Of a stretch of 64,000 bases of DNA, positions 1 to 12,616 are shown piece after piece. The notes beneath the pieces were generated by a model. The model made no database searches. It was not told where the DNA came from and was given only the letters and a program-made list of their open reading frames with translations. Made by a program: the position numbers and the translations under genes. Source of the stretch: Octopus vulgaris (lineage: Eukaryota); contig OX597818.1 of NCBI GenBank assembly GCA_951406725.2, positions 58,652,001-58,716,000 on the forward strand. The letters are read 5' to 3'. Each line of letters begins with the position of its first letter. Within the stretch, counting starts at the first letter, position 1.

Positions 1-122
1 ATTAATAAGGGTGAGAGAATTAGATACTAATTTAATAGTATATCTATTCAACACCAAGTGGCCTAGTGCTCCGAGAAACCTGGATTATTATAATATTTTA
101 TAATATATTATAATATTTTTAC

Positions 123-548
123 AAAATAAATATAAGAGAGTGGTCACTATATGGCTCACTCTAGCACCAGTTAATCCAAAAGGTTTCAACCACAAAAATA
201 CATGTTTCCCATGAAAGTCAGTACGATTGTTAGCTCACACGGACAGGGCAAATAAAAAATAACAAAAATACAGATTATTTTGGGACAATTGTTTCGCTAT
301 TAATGAATTAAATGTAATTTTACTTACAAAAAAATCCACTTGTAGCTCGTCGGCTTTTGTAAGTAAAATTACATTTAATTCATTAATAGCGAAACAATTG
401 TCCCAAAATAATCTGTATTTTTGTTATTTTTTATTTGCCCTGTCCGTGTGAGCTAACAATCGTACTGACTTTCATGGGAAACATGTATTTTTGTGGTTGA
501 AACCTTTTGGATTAACTGGTGCTATAGTGACTACTCTCTTATATTTAT

Positions 549-552
<4 letters not shown>
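123..552. repeat. Long fold-back inverted repeat (~200-bp arms, ~25-bp spacer), Penelope pseudo-LTR-like
   Basis: 123-330 is the near-perfect reverse complement of 355-552 (e.g. gtacgattgttagctcacacggacagggc / gccctgtccgtgtgagctaacaatcgtac). It abuts (TA)n and contains an HHR motif. Confidence 0.9.
284..353 (-). ncRNA. Type I hammerhead ribozyme-like motif (U4C core, stem I disrupted at fold-back junction)
   Basis: Minus strand reads CCGACGA-GCUA-(43 nt)-UAGC-GAAAC-AAUU-GUC. Stem III is the palindrome ACAAUUGU. Confidence 0.6.
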
Positions 553-607
<55 letters not shown>

Positions 608-1120
608 AATGTACGTATATATATTATATGTAGAAAAATACAAACTAGGACAAGAACGTAAAACATTTAGAAGACGATAAAAAAAACACGGACGGGACAT
701 TCGAAGCCTTCAATCTTCAGTCAAGAACCGGATCATCTTAGCAATTTCGGCTGACACGTATAATTTGAACGTATACTTTTGCCACATATGAGTAATATCG
801 GCAAATATGGATAATAGACAATAATTATATGTTAACTCTTATCAAACTTTTTGCTGCTTATTTCTCATTGATATATTTTCAATAAACGTATATAATAATT
901 ATTTTTCTAATATTATCAATATAATCGGAATATACTGCACTGAAAAACCTATCCTTGCCATATTTCATAATTTGCTAGTGTTGTGTGGACGATGAAGTAG
1001 GCTAGCCCAATATGTAGATATACAGGGAGAAGTCTAGACGTCGAGAGAAGAGCAGAGTAGCAGGTGTTGTATTTGAAGTTGTCGAAGACGTAGTGGTTTT
1101 TTTTGTGAGGGAGCGTTGAA

Positions 1121-1560
1121 GGATCTTTTCGGTTTTTTCTAGCGGTGTCATATGAAACTGTCACCCATAATTATGACCCTAGTATCGATCTATTGCATTT
1201 TAGGGTTAGGGTTAGAGTTAGGGTTAGAGTTAGGGTTATTTAGGGTTCGGGTTAGGGTTAGGGTTAGTGGTGGTGGTAGCGTATCTTTTTTTCTTCAGAA
1301 TTGTAAGTAAACCCAATATGTTTCTTAAACGAGGGACATATTCATACGGCACAAAATGTTTTTTAAGACGGTCATTGATTGGTTGAAGTTGCAGAAATTG
1401 AAGAAAAACAACAACAAATATCTTACAAACTATAGAATTTTCTCAATAAAGCCAAGAGGAAAAGATATTTTATAAATACATTCTACCAGTATACGAATTT
1501 TATTTTTTACTAGTTGCCTAGATATTACGTTAAAAACTCCCGTTCAAACCGAAAAGATCC
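1121..1560. mobile_element. MITE with 15-bp TIRs (GG termini, possible 8-bp TSD; Merlin-like)
   Basis: GGATCTTTTCGGTTT at 1121-1135 and AAACCGAAAAGATCC at 1546-1560. Flanks GCGTTGAA / GTGTTAAA match at 6/8. Confidence 0.75.
1200..1267 (+). repeat. Interstitial telomere-type (TTAGGG)n tract inside the MITE
   Basis: About 11 TTAGGG/TTAGAG units. Confidence 0.9.
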
Positions 1561-1607
1561 GTGTTAAATAATTGTTCATTGTTGCTTTTTATTGATATTG
1601 TTAAGTA

Positions 1608-2989
1608 TTGTTGTTGTTGAGATTTTTCCCATTGAGGAGAGTGGAGGGGGCGCCAGCGGGCGGCCAAGGTTGTGCGGCCGCAGCTGGAGGAGGAGGTGAA
1701 GATGGAACGTTGGAGAAGTTCGAAATCAGGGTTGAACATGGAAAAGTGGAAGCATACGAGGGGTTGCTGGAGAAGGAGGGGGAGATGTTCAAGTTGGCGC
1801 CACCTGCGGAGCTGACAGACAACATAGCGAAGCGAACAGTCACCTGTGGAACTGTGAGAATTCCAACAGGAAAAATGGAGATTGCGACGGTGGAAGGGAT
1901 GGAGGTGGTATTGAAGGATATTGGGGGTGGGGGTTAATAAATTTTAGAACAAGAGGAGGAAAGCGTTCCACCGTGGATGTGCGCTTCAAGTCGGAGGAAG
2001 AGGTAATCAGGCACGTAACGGAGGCAGTAGGATCGGAGGAGTGGATGCTTTTGCCGTCGTGCTGCGGCAAGTGTGTGGCCGGAGTGCGAGCAGGCGAGGT
2101 GCCCCCAGAACTGGAAGAGGCATGGCTCATGACAGCCGTAATGTTCAATATGAAAGACGGAGCCAGGATGTTGTGGACCACAAGAGCCAGCAGGCTCGAC
2201 CGCTGGGGATATGGGATGGAGCTCAATATCCAGACAACGGTGGATGACTTGAATGGGATTGCGGAGGAGAGAGTGTTGCCTGACGACTTTGCACTGAGAA
2301 TGAAGGTAAAGGGCGGGCCGCCTGTATGTTTTGGATGCAGTGAGAGGGGCCGCATGAAAGCGTTCTGCATCCAGAATGAGTAGCAGGCATAGCGGGTGGA
2401 GGGACAGGAGAGCGCGGACCAGGTGGAGGAGGTCGAAACAAAGGAAACAGATGATGACATGACTGTTGTAAAAAAAAAAGAGAAGGACGAGCGGAGGGAA
2501 TGGTTTTCCGCCAGAGAAAGAGAAAAAGAAGAGAGAAGATATGAGAAAAGAAACCGTGAACGAGGCCAGCAGGAAGGAAGACAAAAGGGTGACAGAGAAA
2601 GAAAATAAAAAGAAAGCGGAGCCGAAGAAGAATTGGCCGAAGAAGAATTAGAGAGACTGTTTAGAGTGGAGGAGGAAAAGGGAGAACAGAAAAGCCAAAA
2701 TAAAGGAAGGAAAATTAAAGGTAACGGTGTATGGTATTACGTAACCTACCCGAAGAATATTGAAACAAAGAAGAAAGTACTCAAGTTCAACCAAATAGTA
2801 AGAGTAAAGATACAAGCATACATATATGCAGAGGATATGAAGGCGATATTAATTGAAGAGGAAATTTATAAAAGAATACAAGAAATGTGTGGAGATAATA
2901 TCGACCCATCAGGAATAAAGGTGGAATTCAAAGAATTGCTACCAGAAGTGGATTTAGTAGAAATCGAACCACTAATGAAATATTTCTAA
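1608..2989 (+). pseudogene. Frameshifted ORF1/gag-like protein with degenerate CCHC zinc knuckle
   Basis: Consecutive + strand ORFs 1608-1937, 1973-2383, 2396-2608 and 2633-2989. CFGCSERGRMKAFC fits CX2CX4(H>R)X4C and is followed by an E/K/R-rich linker. Confidence 0.6.
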
Positions 2990-4462
2990 AAATTAAATAA
3001 GTATGTCAAAGCGACAGGAACAAAAGAAGAGAAATAGAAAAAGGAGGAAAAAAAAGAAGAACAGAAAGAGTTAGTGTTTTATGTTATGTTTAATAATATC
3101 GGAAAATAGAAGAACAATTTTAGAGAACATATAACGGTTCAAATAATAGTAATGGTAGACGATAATTAATCGTTAGTTAAATATATGATAAAAACGGAAA
3201 GTTTAAAAAAGATTAATGGTAATGCATGTGAGGTGGGGCGCATGCAGCCATTCATAACCCCATTATTGTATAATCATTTCATCATATTCGTTCTATGTTA
3301 ATCCCTTATGTGGTGTCCTGTCTGTCCTTGTTTGTCCCCCTCTATGTTTGGGTCCTTGTGGCTAATAAAGAAGCCGAGAAGAGTTGAGTAGAAGTCATCC
3401 GAACGTGCGACATAACAGTGACGACGAGGATGAGATGCTCACACAGCCACTGTGTAGTATTGCGACGTAACAATGGCGACAAAGATTCCGTAGCACACAC
3501 AACCACTGTGTAATATTGTGATATAACAGCTTGTTATGTAGTTTATCTTCACAGTGGGGTCCAAGTATGAATAAAAGTAAGCTATATTGTAGGAGAAATA
3601 TGATAAAGGAACCGTAAAGGGTAAAGAGATTGTCAAAAATGACAAATGATATTTAGAGTTGAATTATGACCTTTAATGGTTTGAAAATCGAGTAGTTTTC
3701 CAGATAGTTGCATGAATCAAAATGGAAGTTGGACAGCAAACTGGACTTCTCTCGCTCACTCTGCTTCTCTTTGTCTCCCTCTCGCTCTCACTACAAATAT
3801 ATGTGTAGTCATCTTGCAACTCATGTTTACTCTATCGCTATGTTTGTGTTTTCTCTCTCTCTCTCTCTCTCTCTCGCTTTACGATGTAAGCTATTACTGA
3901 GAACTCAGCCAAGCAACCAACCAAACAACAATTATATCGACTATTAATTTATACATGTTTACGTGAGAGATAATATAATCTTAATTAATTGACGTTGACT
4001 ATAATCTTAATTGATTGACGTTGAATGAGCTGGATTTTAAGGAAGTGTAAGAAGGCAAACTGAAAATAGAAATATGGGTCTTAGTGAAGGGAAATTACGG
4101 TAAAAGTAAATCTATGTGTACCTCGAAAAGAAATGAGCGTAATTTCTCTCTTAAGATCCAAAAATATTATTGGCAGCAACGTCACACCACCAACAAATGA
4201 AAGTACAAGCAGAATGCTACCGTACAATCTCCGTAACTAATCATACCGTAATTGCCATCAATAACTAAAACCTCATTAAAAGTATAAGGGAGTCGACGTT
4301 GGAGACGTCAAGGAATAAATGCTGACCACACGATGCGAGGATATATGGTATAGAGCAGAAGAATAGATACATAAGCAGGTAGGTAGATAGATAGGTAGGT
4401 AAGTAGGTAGGGAGATAGGTAGATAGATAGAAAGATAAGTGAATAGGTATGTATATATGTAC

Positions 4463-4534
<72 letters not shown>

Positions 4535-4639
4535 CATATATACATGGAAGAGTGAGAAAAGAAAAGCGCCTTGTTTGTCCCCTCTGTGTTTAGCCCCTTG
4601 TGGGTAATAAAGAAATAGGTAGATAGATAGATACATACA

Positions 4640-5374
4640 TACCTAAATACTAAATACCAGTCTAAATGCGACGACTATGAAATTACGTTCCTTAAAACCA
4701 GAAAGAAGAAATCTGATTCCAAGACTACAGATGCAATCTATCACTTGAAAAATAAATATCTGTAAGTCTTTCCAGAAGTTTGTCATTTGAATAAATATGT
4801 GCATGACAAGATATGCAACTATATGCATGAGAATAGATGCATAAAGCATGCAAATCTGCTCCACATCCTTCCATCAATTCATTCATCCATCCATCCATCC
4901 ATCCATCCATCCATCCATCCATACGTGCATACATACATATACACGAACCAAACAAAAGTACCCTGTTGTTTATGTTAAAATTCCAATGAAAGAGCCTTGG
5001 ATCTAGTTTTGAAACCGGTCCGTTCTCTTTTAGCAAGAAATCTTGAAAGTTAATAATGACCTACATACATACATATATATACATATGCATCTATATGCAT
5101 GAGAATACATACGCAAAACATACAAATTTGCACATACATATATACACACATATACATGCATATATACACACATATACATACATACATACAAAAAAAACAA
5201 ACAAACAAACAAACAAAATACCCTGTTGTTGATGTTGAAATTCTAATGAAGGAACCTTCGATCATGGTTAGAAACCGGTTTTTTTCTCAATTTGCAAGAA
5301 AGCTTGAAATAAACTGTATAATGACAAACATACATACATACATACATACATACATACATACATACATACATTTA

Positions 5375-5408
<34 letters not shown>

Positions 5409-5540
5409 CATACATATACAAAAATACCTTGTTGTTGATGTTTAAGTTCCAATGAAGGAAACTTGGGTCTACGTTAGAAACCGGCTCTTTCGCTATTGGA
5501 AAAAGAAATCATGAAAAAACTAAATAATGACCTACATACA
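4640..5540 (+). repeat. Tandem array (3 units separated by TACA microsatellite) of a dispersed repeat with degenerate HHR-like motif
   Basis: Units near 4960, 5221 and 5427 read C(C/U)AAUGA...GAAACCGG(UC/UU/CUC). The same family occurs at 6715-6855 and, inverted, at 32860-33420. Confidence 0.7.
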
Positions 5541-8058
5541 CACATGGATGGTAGTTCGGAATTAGTGACCAAGATAAAAAAAAATGTGGATGACTAACGG
5601 AAAATAAGATGTAATTTGACTCTGCCCACGCTTTTGAATATCTCACTAAGCAAACTTTAACATGATTATGAAGGGAAACATAAATAATTATAATTTCTCT
5701 GCTAGCCTGGTAAACGAATATCATCCATGGGAATTCATATTAATTTTAAGAAATTTTCATTGAAGCATGCTTTAATATATGGTAAACGATTACAAATGCT
5801 GGAGACATATACCACATGTATGTTTAAATTATGCAAAAATTCCGTGACAGGGAATGCAAATTATTAAAAATAATTTAATTGAACGAATATGTTAGTGAGA
5901 AAGTAAGGAAAGATTTATATTAAAGCAAGAATGAATTGTATGTCATGGAGTTGACCTTCTAATATAATTAGTCTCCATTTAATGAGCAATAAATGGTCAG
6001 CGACCAATGTAGTGTTTTCTTTTACGTATATATGTTTGTGTGTGTACGTGTGTATGGGTGTGTTGGTGCGTGCGTCTGGGAATTTATGAAATCAGGAATT
6101 GGTATCAAATATCGTTTTATATTTTCTGCAAGTACATTCTCTGGAAAATGATTTAAAATGCTTTGATTATGAAAAGCAAACATTTTCTTGTATATTTTGG
6201 ACAGTATTCTAAAATACATCGATTTCGGTTTTACAGAACAGAGAAACAAGGAAGCTCCAACGAAACTGCGACTTTCTTCCTTGTTTCTTCTCAATCTTTT
6301 CTTTATTCTTTTTTTCCCTTTATTCTTTGTTCTTTTTTCTCTTTTTTTTTCCAAAATATAGAATATACACGTTTACTGTTTATTGCCTCAGAACAAATTG
6401 AGTAAGTGGAAAGAGTAAGCTGGCTTTATTTAACTGAATTTCTATTAAACAATACCTGATTTATCCGCCCAGGAACAATAGAAAGTCAAAATTCATCATT
6501 TTTACAAAGTATGTATCGGATCATAGCTAGATATGTTAGATCGATTTCTCACTCTACAATATATTCTGTATTTCTCTTAAATTATTTTTAAAAAAAGTTC
6601 TATATTAAAAACGGAAGCAAAAAACTGTCAGAAAATGAATAGGTTGAAAACTGCAAGTTTTGACCAAAAGATGAAAATGTCTTTTCATACAAATAAAACT
6701 GTTGAGAAATTCCGCTCCTCAAAACCAGAAAGAGTAAATCTGATTGGAAGACTACAGATCCAATCCATCACTTGAAATATAAATATCTGTAAATCTTTCC
6801 AGAATTTTGTTTTTGAATACATATGAGCATGCCAAGATATGCAACTATATGCGTTCTCCAACTGCTTCTGTCATCTTACATATCTTCAAGGTTTCGGTGC
6901 TAGTACTTAAGTGGTACTTTATTTTCGAAAAAATCCTTTGAAGCGAGGCAAGGTCTGTGGCTTCGTATTTCTGAAACCTAAGGCAAGTCCGGTGTAATTA
7001 GAAATCAAAGCGTGAAATTAGATTTGTAGTTGTCACCACAGTAATCTTTCTTCTACTCCCCATAATTGTGTTGTATTCTTAATTCCTGGGTTTGTCATAT
7101 ACATGTGTTTGTTTATACGGTTTATCCGAGACGAGAACTGTAAGTAATGTCATGTATAGAATGTTTGATTGTATGAATGTCTTCCTCAGAATTAATTATC
7201 AAAAGCCAAATTTTATGCGATTTCTCTCCAGAGATGTAATAATTATGCATTATTGCCTGCATCACAAATACGATGATGTCTTTTGTCCGTAAGTCTTATG
7301 CGTGTAAAGCTGAAATAATAATGATTTAAAATGTGCATATCTATCACGATGTAACTCTTGTTGCTTATTTAATATTTCATGCCGGATTACGATACCTTTC
7401 TTGCAGTTAGGAGTTATATTACATCGCAGTTTTGAATAATAGGCGAGTACAAAATTGATAAACATAATTATATTTGTTTCCCTATAAGTTTCTTCTTGTG
7501 TAAATGGATTTAATTTCCTTGAAACTCTTACACAATGAATGTTTCAGTAATGGATATTTTTGTATCTCATCAACTACGATAATCCAAATTTATACAAATA
7601 TTTTCATGCTAAATATCTCGTTTTAATCGAAAGCCTCTATATGTATAGTTCTGTTCCGATATAGAAACAAGCATCCTTTTGAATATTGAAGTTTTCTCTG
7701 CATAATTCTAGCTTTGGTGATAGGGCGGTGTCGGAATCTGCCATTGAATCGGTGACATCAAATCAAAACACTGTGGCTAATAGCTTGCAGGCTCCGCTTG
7801 TGAGGTGTTTCAATGTGTTTTTATCCCTAATATTTGTAGAGAGAATGGGCTGGGCTACAATGAGACAGAGAGAGTAGAGTGGAGATTTTAGGAAAATTAT
7901 TCTAATGTGGCCATCAGTTTAATTTAATCAAATTCTGTCTTTATGCAGCTGAGGATTGCTCTGCATTTCAATTCAAGTAGTGGTTGCATTGTTCAATTAC
8001 ATGGAGTTGCTAGAAATGATCGTACTTAGTTACCTCTGGATATCCTTGTTGCTTATTT

Positions 8059-8105
<47 letters not shown>

Positions 8106-8127
8106 CATACACACACACATATATATT

Positions 8128-8169
<42 letters not shown>

Positions 8170-8244
8170 ATAAGGATAATATCGATATTTAAATATCGAT
8201 ATTATCAAGTAGCCAGCATGGGAAAAAATACCGTACATAGGTAA

Positions 8245-8715
8245 TAAAAATAAGGGTGTCTGAGAGACACCACCATGCCGAAATAGCAGTCAAAACCCTG
8301 ACTTTAAAAACCACGTTAAATGTTCATATCGTACCATGAGATAAGACAGAGGGACAAAATAGACTAGCAAAAAATATCGTGCTTATGAGGTGTTTTGGCG
8401 AGCAATTTAACTGGCCTTATGCATACGTGCATATATATGTATGTATGGACGTTCGTATATGTAAGTATAACGTTTGTTCTGCATATATATATCTGTATTT
8501 ATGTACTTTGATATATTCAACCGATGACGGTAAAGCTTATTTAAAGCAAAACCAGAAATCCTGGATCTTGAATTATTCAATAATATTTTTTGCTAGTCTA
8601 TTTTGTTCCTCTGTCTTATCTCATGGTACGATATGAATATTTAATGTGGTTTTTAAATTCAGGGTTTTGACTGCTATCTCGGCATGGTGGTGTCTCTCAG
8701 ACATCCTTATATTTA
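8245..8715. repeat. Inverted repeat (~130-bp arms) enclosing an HHR motif; PLE pseudo-LTR-like
   Basis: 8245-8377 is reverse-complementary to 8583-8715; flanked by (TA)n. Confidence 0.85.
8515..8573 (+). ncRNA. Type I hammerhead ribozyme-like motif (U4C core)
   Basis: Stem I AUUCAA/UUGAAU; core CCGAUGA; stem II (C)GGU...ACC(A); GAAA; stem III AUCC-U-GGAU; AUC cleavage triplet. Confidence 0.65.
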
Positions 8716-8716
8716 G

Positions 8717-8770
<54 letters not shown>

Positions 8771-9002
8771 AAGTTGTACCAAAAGTAATTCGGAAAATGA
8801 TATATATTTTACTAACATTGTTCCACTTAAATCACACATGTTCATAGAGTAAGACGTTTGCGCAAGCAACGACGGACAGTGTGAAAATGCCTGTGAATGA
8901 CATCAGATCCGACCTGTCGCAGTCACTGCCTGGAAGCTACTTTTAACTAATCTAGTTTGTTCAATTGCGGTTCTCGATGTATTCGTCCATTCACTGGGCT
9001 AC

Positions 9003-9157
9003 AGCAAACAAACGAAAGTCACTGAGCTCCAGATACGTGATATACGATGGCTAGGGCGCTACACAATACCCTAAATGACCCAGTGCCTGGTGTGTTGCCA
9101 ATCATGTTGTGCATAAATGTGTGTGTATATATATATATATATGTGTGTATGTGTGTG

Positions 9158-9188
<31 letters not shown>

Positions 9189-9467
9189 GTGTGTGTGAGT
9201 GTGTATAAAAAAAAATATATATACACACACACACACACACATATATATACCTATACAGATATATATACACTGACACACACATATATATATGTATATGTAT
9301 ATATATATGTATATATATATGTATATATGTATATACATACATATATATAAATACACCACCTGCCTTCGTCTTTTGTTTATTTTCGTAAGCTTTTCCTTTA
9401 TATAAATATATATATATATGTATATGTATACATATATATATATATAAATATATATATATGTATATGT

Positions 9468-9509
<42 letters not shown>

Positions 9510-10003
9510 GTATATATATATATGCATGTATATGCAAACAGAATACGAACGGATGTAAAAATACATTGCGGAAGATATATTGTAGACAATTCAAAATTAT
9601 TCACGAATATATCAGTTTCTAGAACATGCTATCAAAAATTTATTTCACAAAAAGAATTGTGCAGTAATTGTGAATAAATCACAATCACAACGGAGATGAT
9701 GAAAAACACTTACATTCCTAGAACTAGCTGTCAAAACCGCCATAAAGCCACTATCATCACTCATATTATATCGCCCCAACCATAAATACTGACGGCGAGC
9801 GACATTACATATAAAATTGAAAACCTAAATGTACACAAGTGAATAGTCTTCGTAGTGATCGATAAGAACTGTGGCTTAACAAAGTTACGGCCATACAGAT
9901 TTAAGAGGTAACACATCTAGCACTGTGTCGTTTAGGGTATTGTGTAGTGCCCTATCCATCGTATATCACGTATCTGGAGCTCAGTGACTTTCGTTTGTTT
10001 GCT
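9003..10003. mobile_element. Element bounded by ~95-bp inverted repeats (MITE or fold-back)
   Basis: agcaaacaaacgaaagtcactgagctccagatacgtgatatacgatgg... (9003-9099) is mirrored at 9907-10003. Confidence 0.65.
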
Positions 10004-10318
10004 CTGGTGAAGAGGGAGAAAAACGAGGGGGAAATGAATATCATTTCTAACTGTATTGAATTTTCTACATTTAAACAAGGCGATCCACATTTTTTTTTAT
10101 ATTATTGAATGTTATGAACATTTAAATCATATTTGATTTTATTGAAACTTGCAAGCAATCAAATATTTAAAAATGTTTTTCTAATTCACAATTTAAATTT
10201 TTTTCTAAATTGTTAAAGAATAAAAATATTGTTGAAACTAGTTTGGTATCAGTGTAAATAAATCTAACTGAAAGCAATTACAATCTTTGCAAAATGAAGT
10301 ACATTTTCAACAACTTCA

Positions 10319-10387
<69 letters not shown>

Positions 10388-10392
10388 TTGTA

Positions 10393-10436
<44 letters not shown>

Positions 10437-10468
10437 GGTGGGTTGCACTCACAACCCCTACCTGAATT

Positions 10469-10504
<36 letters not shown>

Positions 10505-10514
10505 ACTAATTTAG

Positions 10515-10735
10515 AGCCTAGTATTTATTCGAGCGGAATCTTTTTTCAAACCGCTAAGTTATGGGGACGCAAACACACTCACACATATATTATTCGATGG
10601 GCTTCTGTCAGTTTCCATCTACCGAATCCACCCACAAGACTGGCAGCTATAGTAGAACTGACTTGAACAAAGCATCACTCGGTGAGACTGAAGCCAGAAC
10701 CATCTGGTACTGAAGCAAGCATCTTCCTACGCCTA
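10515..10735 (-). mobile_element. Degenerate tRNA-derived SINE, family C
   Basis: Similar to the copies at 13866 and 62450 (ccgctaagttatggggacg; cagtttccatctaccgaatccac). Confidence 0.6.
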
Positions 10736-10741
10736 TATCTA

Positions 10742-10864
<123 letters not shown>

Positions 10865-11002
10865 CTTACTTGGAATTCCCGTTGTGTTCTACATTTATTT
10901 GTGATGTCCTGTACACATATACGCATGTATATATACATATAGATGTAGGTATGTACATATATGTATGTATGTATGTATGCATATGTTTATTTATTAAATT
11001 GT

Positions 11003-11042
<40 letters not shown>

Positions 11043-11227
11043 GCATATATCTATTTGTATAAAAATCAAGTATGCAATCAAACATCTGTATTCTGAGTGT
11101 ATATGAGGATGTATATGTTGTTGTATATTTCTTATGAAAACGCGTTGCATATATGTTTCTACAAATAAAGAAAATGCAACCAGAATACATTTCCGAGAAT
11201 ATACATATATACATGTGTATGCCTGAA

Positions 11228-11284
<57 letters not shown>

Positions 11285-12578
11285 TAAAGGAGAAAGAATT
11301 GTGTGTGTGGATATTGGGAAATTTCGTATATATATATATATGCACATTCAACAGCTTAATATATTTTCATATTTCATAGAAACCAGTTCCTTTAAATGGC
11401 AATATAATAACCAGTATGATTGAAATTCATAAAGTTAAATGTATCAGGTAAACGGTATTCACTTGGCCTCTAACCTTCCAAATAAACGTATCATTTTGAA
11501 AGATAGCATTCAAATTAACTGAACGTAGAGGGGGAAAAACGAGTTTAAAAATAATTTTTCTATAGTTATTTTGGAATGCAAAAAGTAAAAGGAAATACAT
11601 TTCTTTCAATCAATTTCTCATTTTATAGAAGCAAATTCAAACATATTAATATTTTCTATTTAACATCGTAATATAATGGGAGACCATTGGAGCTGACAGT
11701 CTTTCTAATTTTGCTTCCATTTTCTGCCGAGCTATTTACTGATCCGTCTTTTACCATTTAATGGCTCCAAAGCCACCCAATGTTTATAACAAATTCGTAT
11801 GTCTTGATTCATTTAATCTCAATATTACTCATTTTCTAGGCTGTGTGATAGATTCGTTACCTCCTCAGCCAAAAGGCTTAACCGCATTTTCTCTGTCTCG
11901 TTACATTCTGAGCTCAACTTTGAGCTCAACATCTGAGCTCAACATTCTGAGCTCAACATCGGAGTCAACTTTGCCTATTATCCTTTCGGTCTCCATAAAT
12001 TAAGTACTAGATGAGCTGTGACCAGGGCCCTAAAATCCTTCAACTTGGGGCCTTCACTACGTGACAGCAGTGCTACAGCAAGTACATTGAAGTAAAATAT
12101 TACTAATTTGAAATATATTAGATTTGAAATATATTATAAATTTGAAATATATTAGATTTGGAAAATTCTTTGAAATGAATAAATATCTCGCTTGAAAATA
12201 TTTCAAAATTTCCGCAATGAATCATCTATATGTAATTCAAAGGAACACATGATAGGTTTTGATAACCTATTTAATTACACCATTTTTACTTTCATTAACA
12301 AAGTATATATAATTATATTGTGCAAATTTCCTAACCAAAATGGTAGGTTAAATCTGGATAGATGCATACTCTTTGAGCCGAACGCTGTTCTTGTAATGAA
12401 GTATTGACAATTTCGTACTCAGGGGAATAATACACATCTGGTACCACAACATGGTAAAGTTACTGGTATCTAAACAAATCGGCAGTGGTTGTCAATCTGC
12501 AGGGGATATAATTGTACACATACGCAGATAAGTATGTATGTATTATCTGTGGATGCACACAAACTAGACACACACACA

Positions 12579-12611
<33 letters not shown>

Positions 12612-12616
<5 letters not shown>

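Larger units (their letters stand above)
1061..3375 (+). mobile_element. Non-autonomous ORF1/gag-only non-LTR retroelement (L1/Tx1-like, HAL1-type architecture)
   Basis: Flanked by a diverged 16-bp direct repeat GAGAAGAG(CA/TT)GAGTAG at 1045-1060 and 3376-3391. Encodes a broken zinc-knuckle protein with no EN/RT. The 3' tail ctgtccttgtttgtcccc...gtggctaataaagaa is shared with SINE family A. Confidence 0.55.

Noticed and set aside
3392-3530. LTR-end/PBS-like strings (ataacagtgacgacgag; gtaacaatggcgac)
   Set aside because: No second LTR, TSD or gag-pol could be identified.
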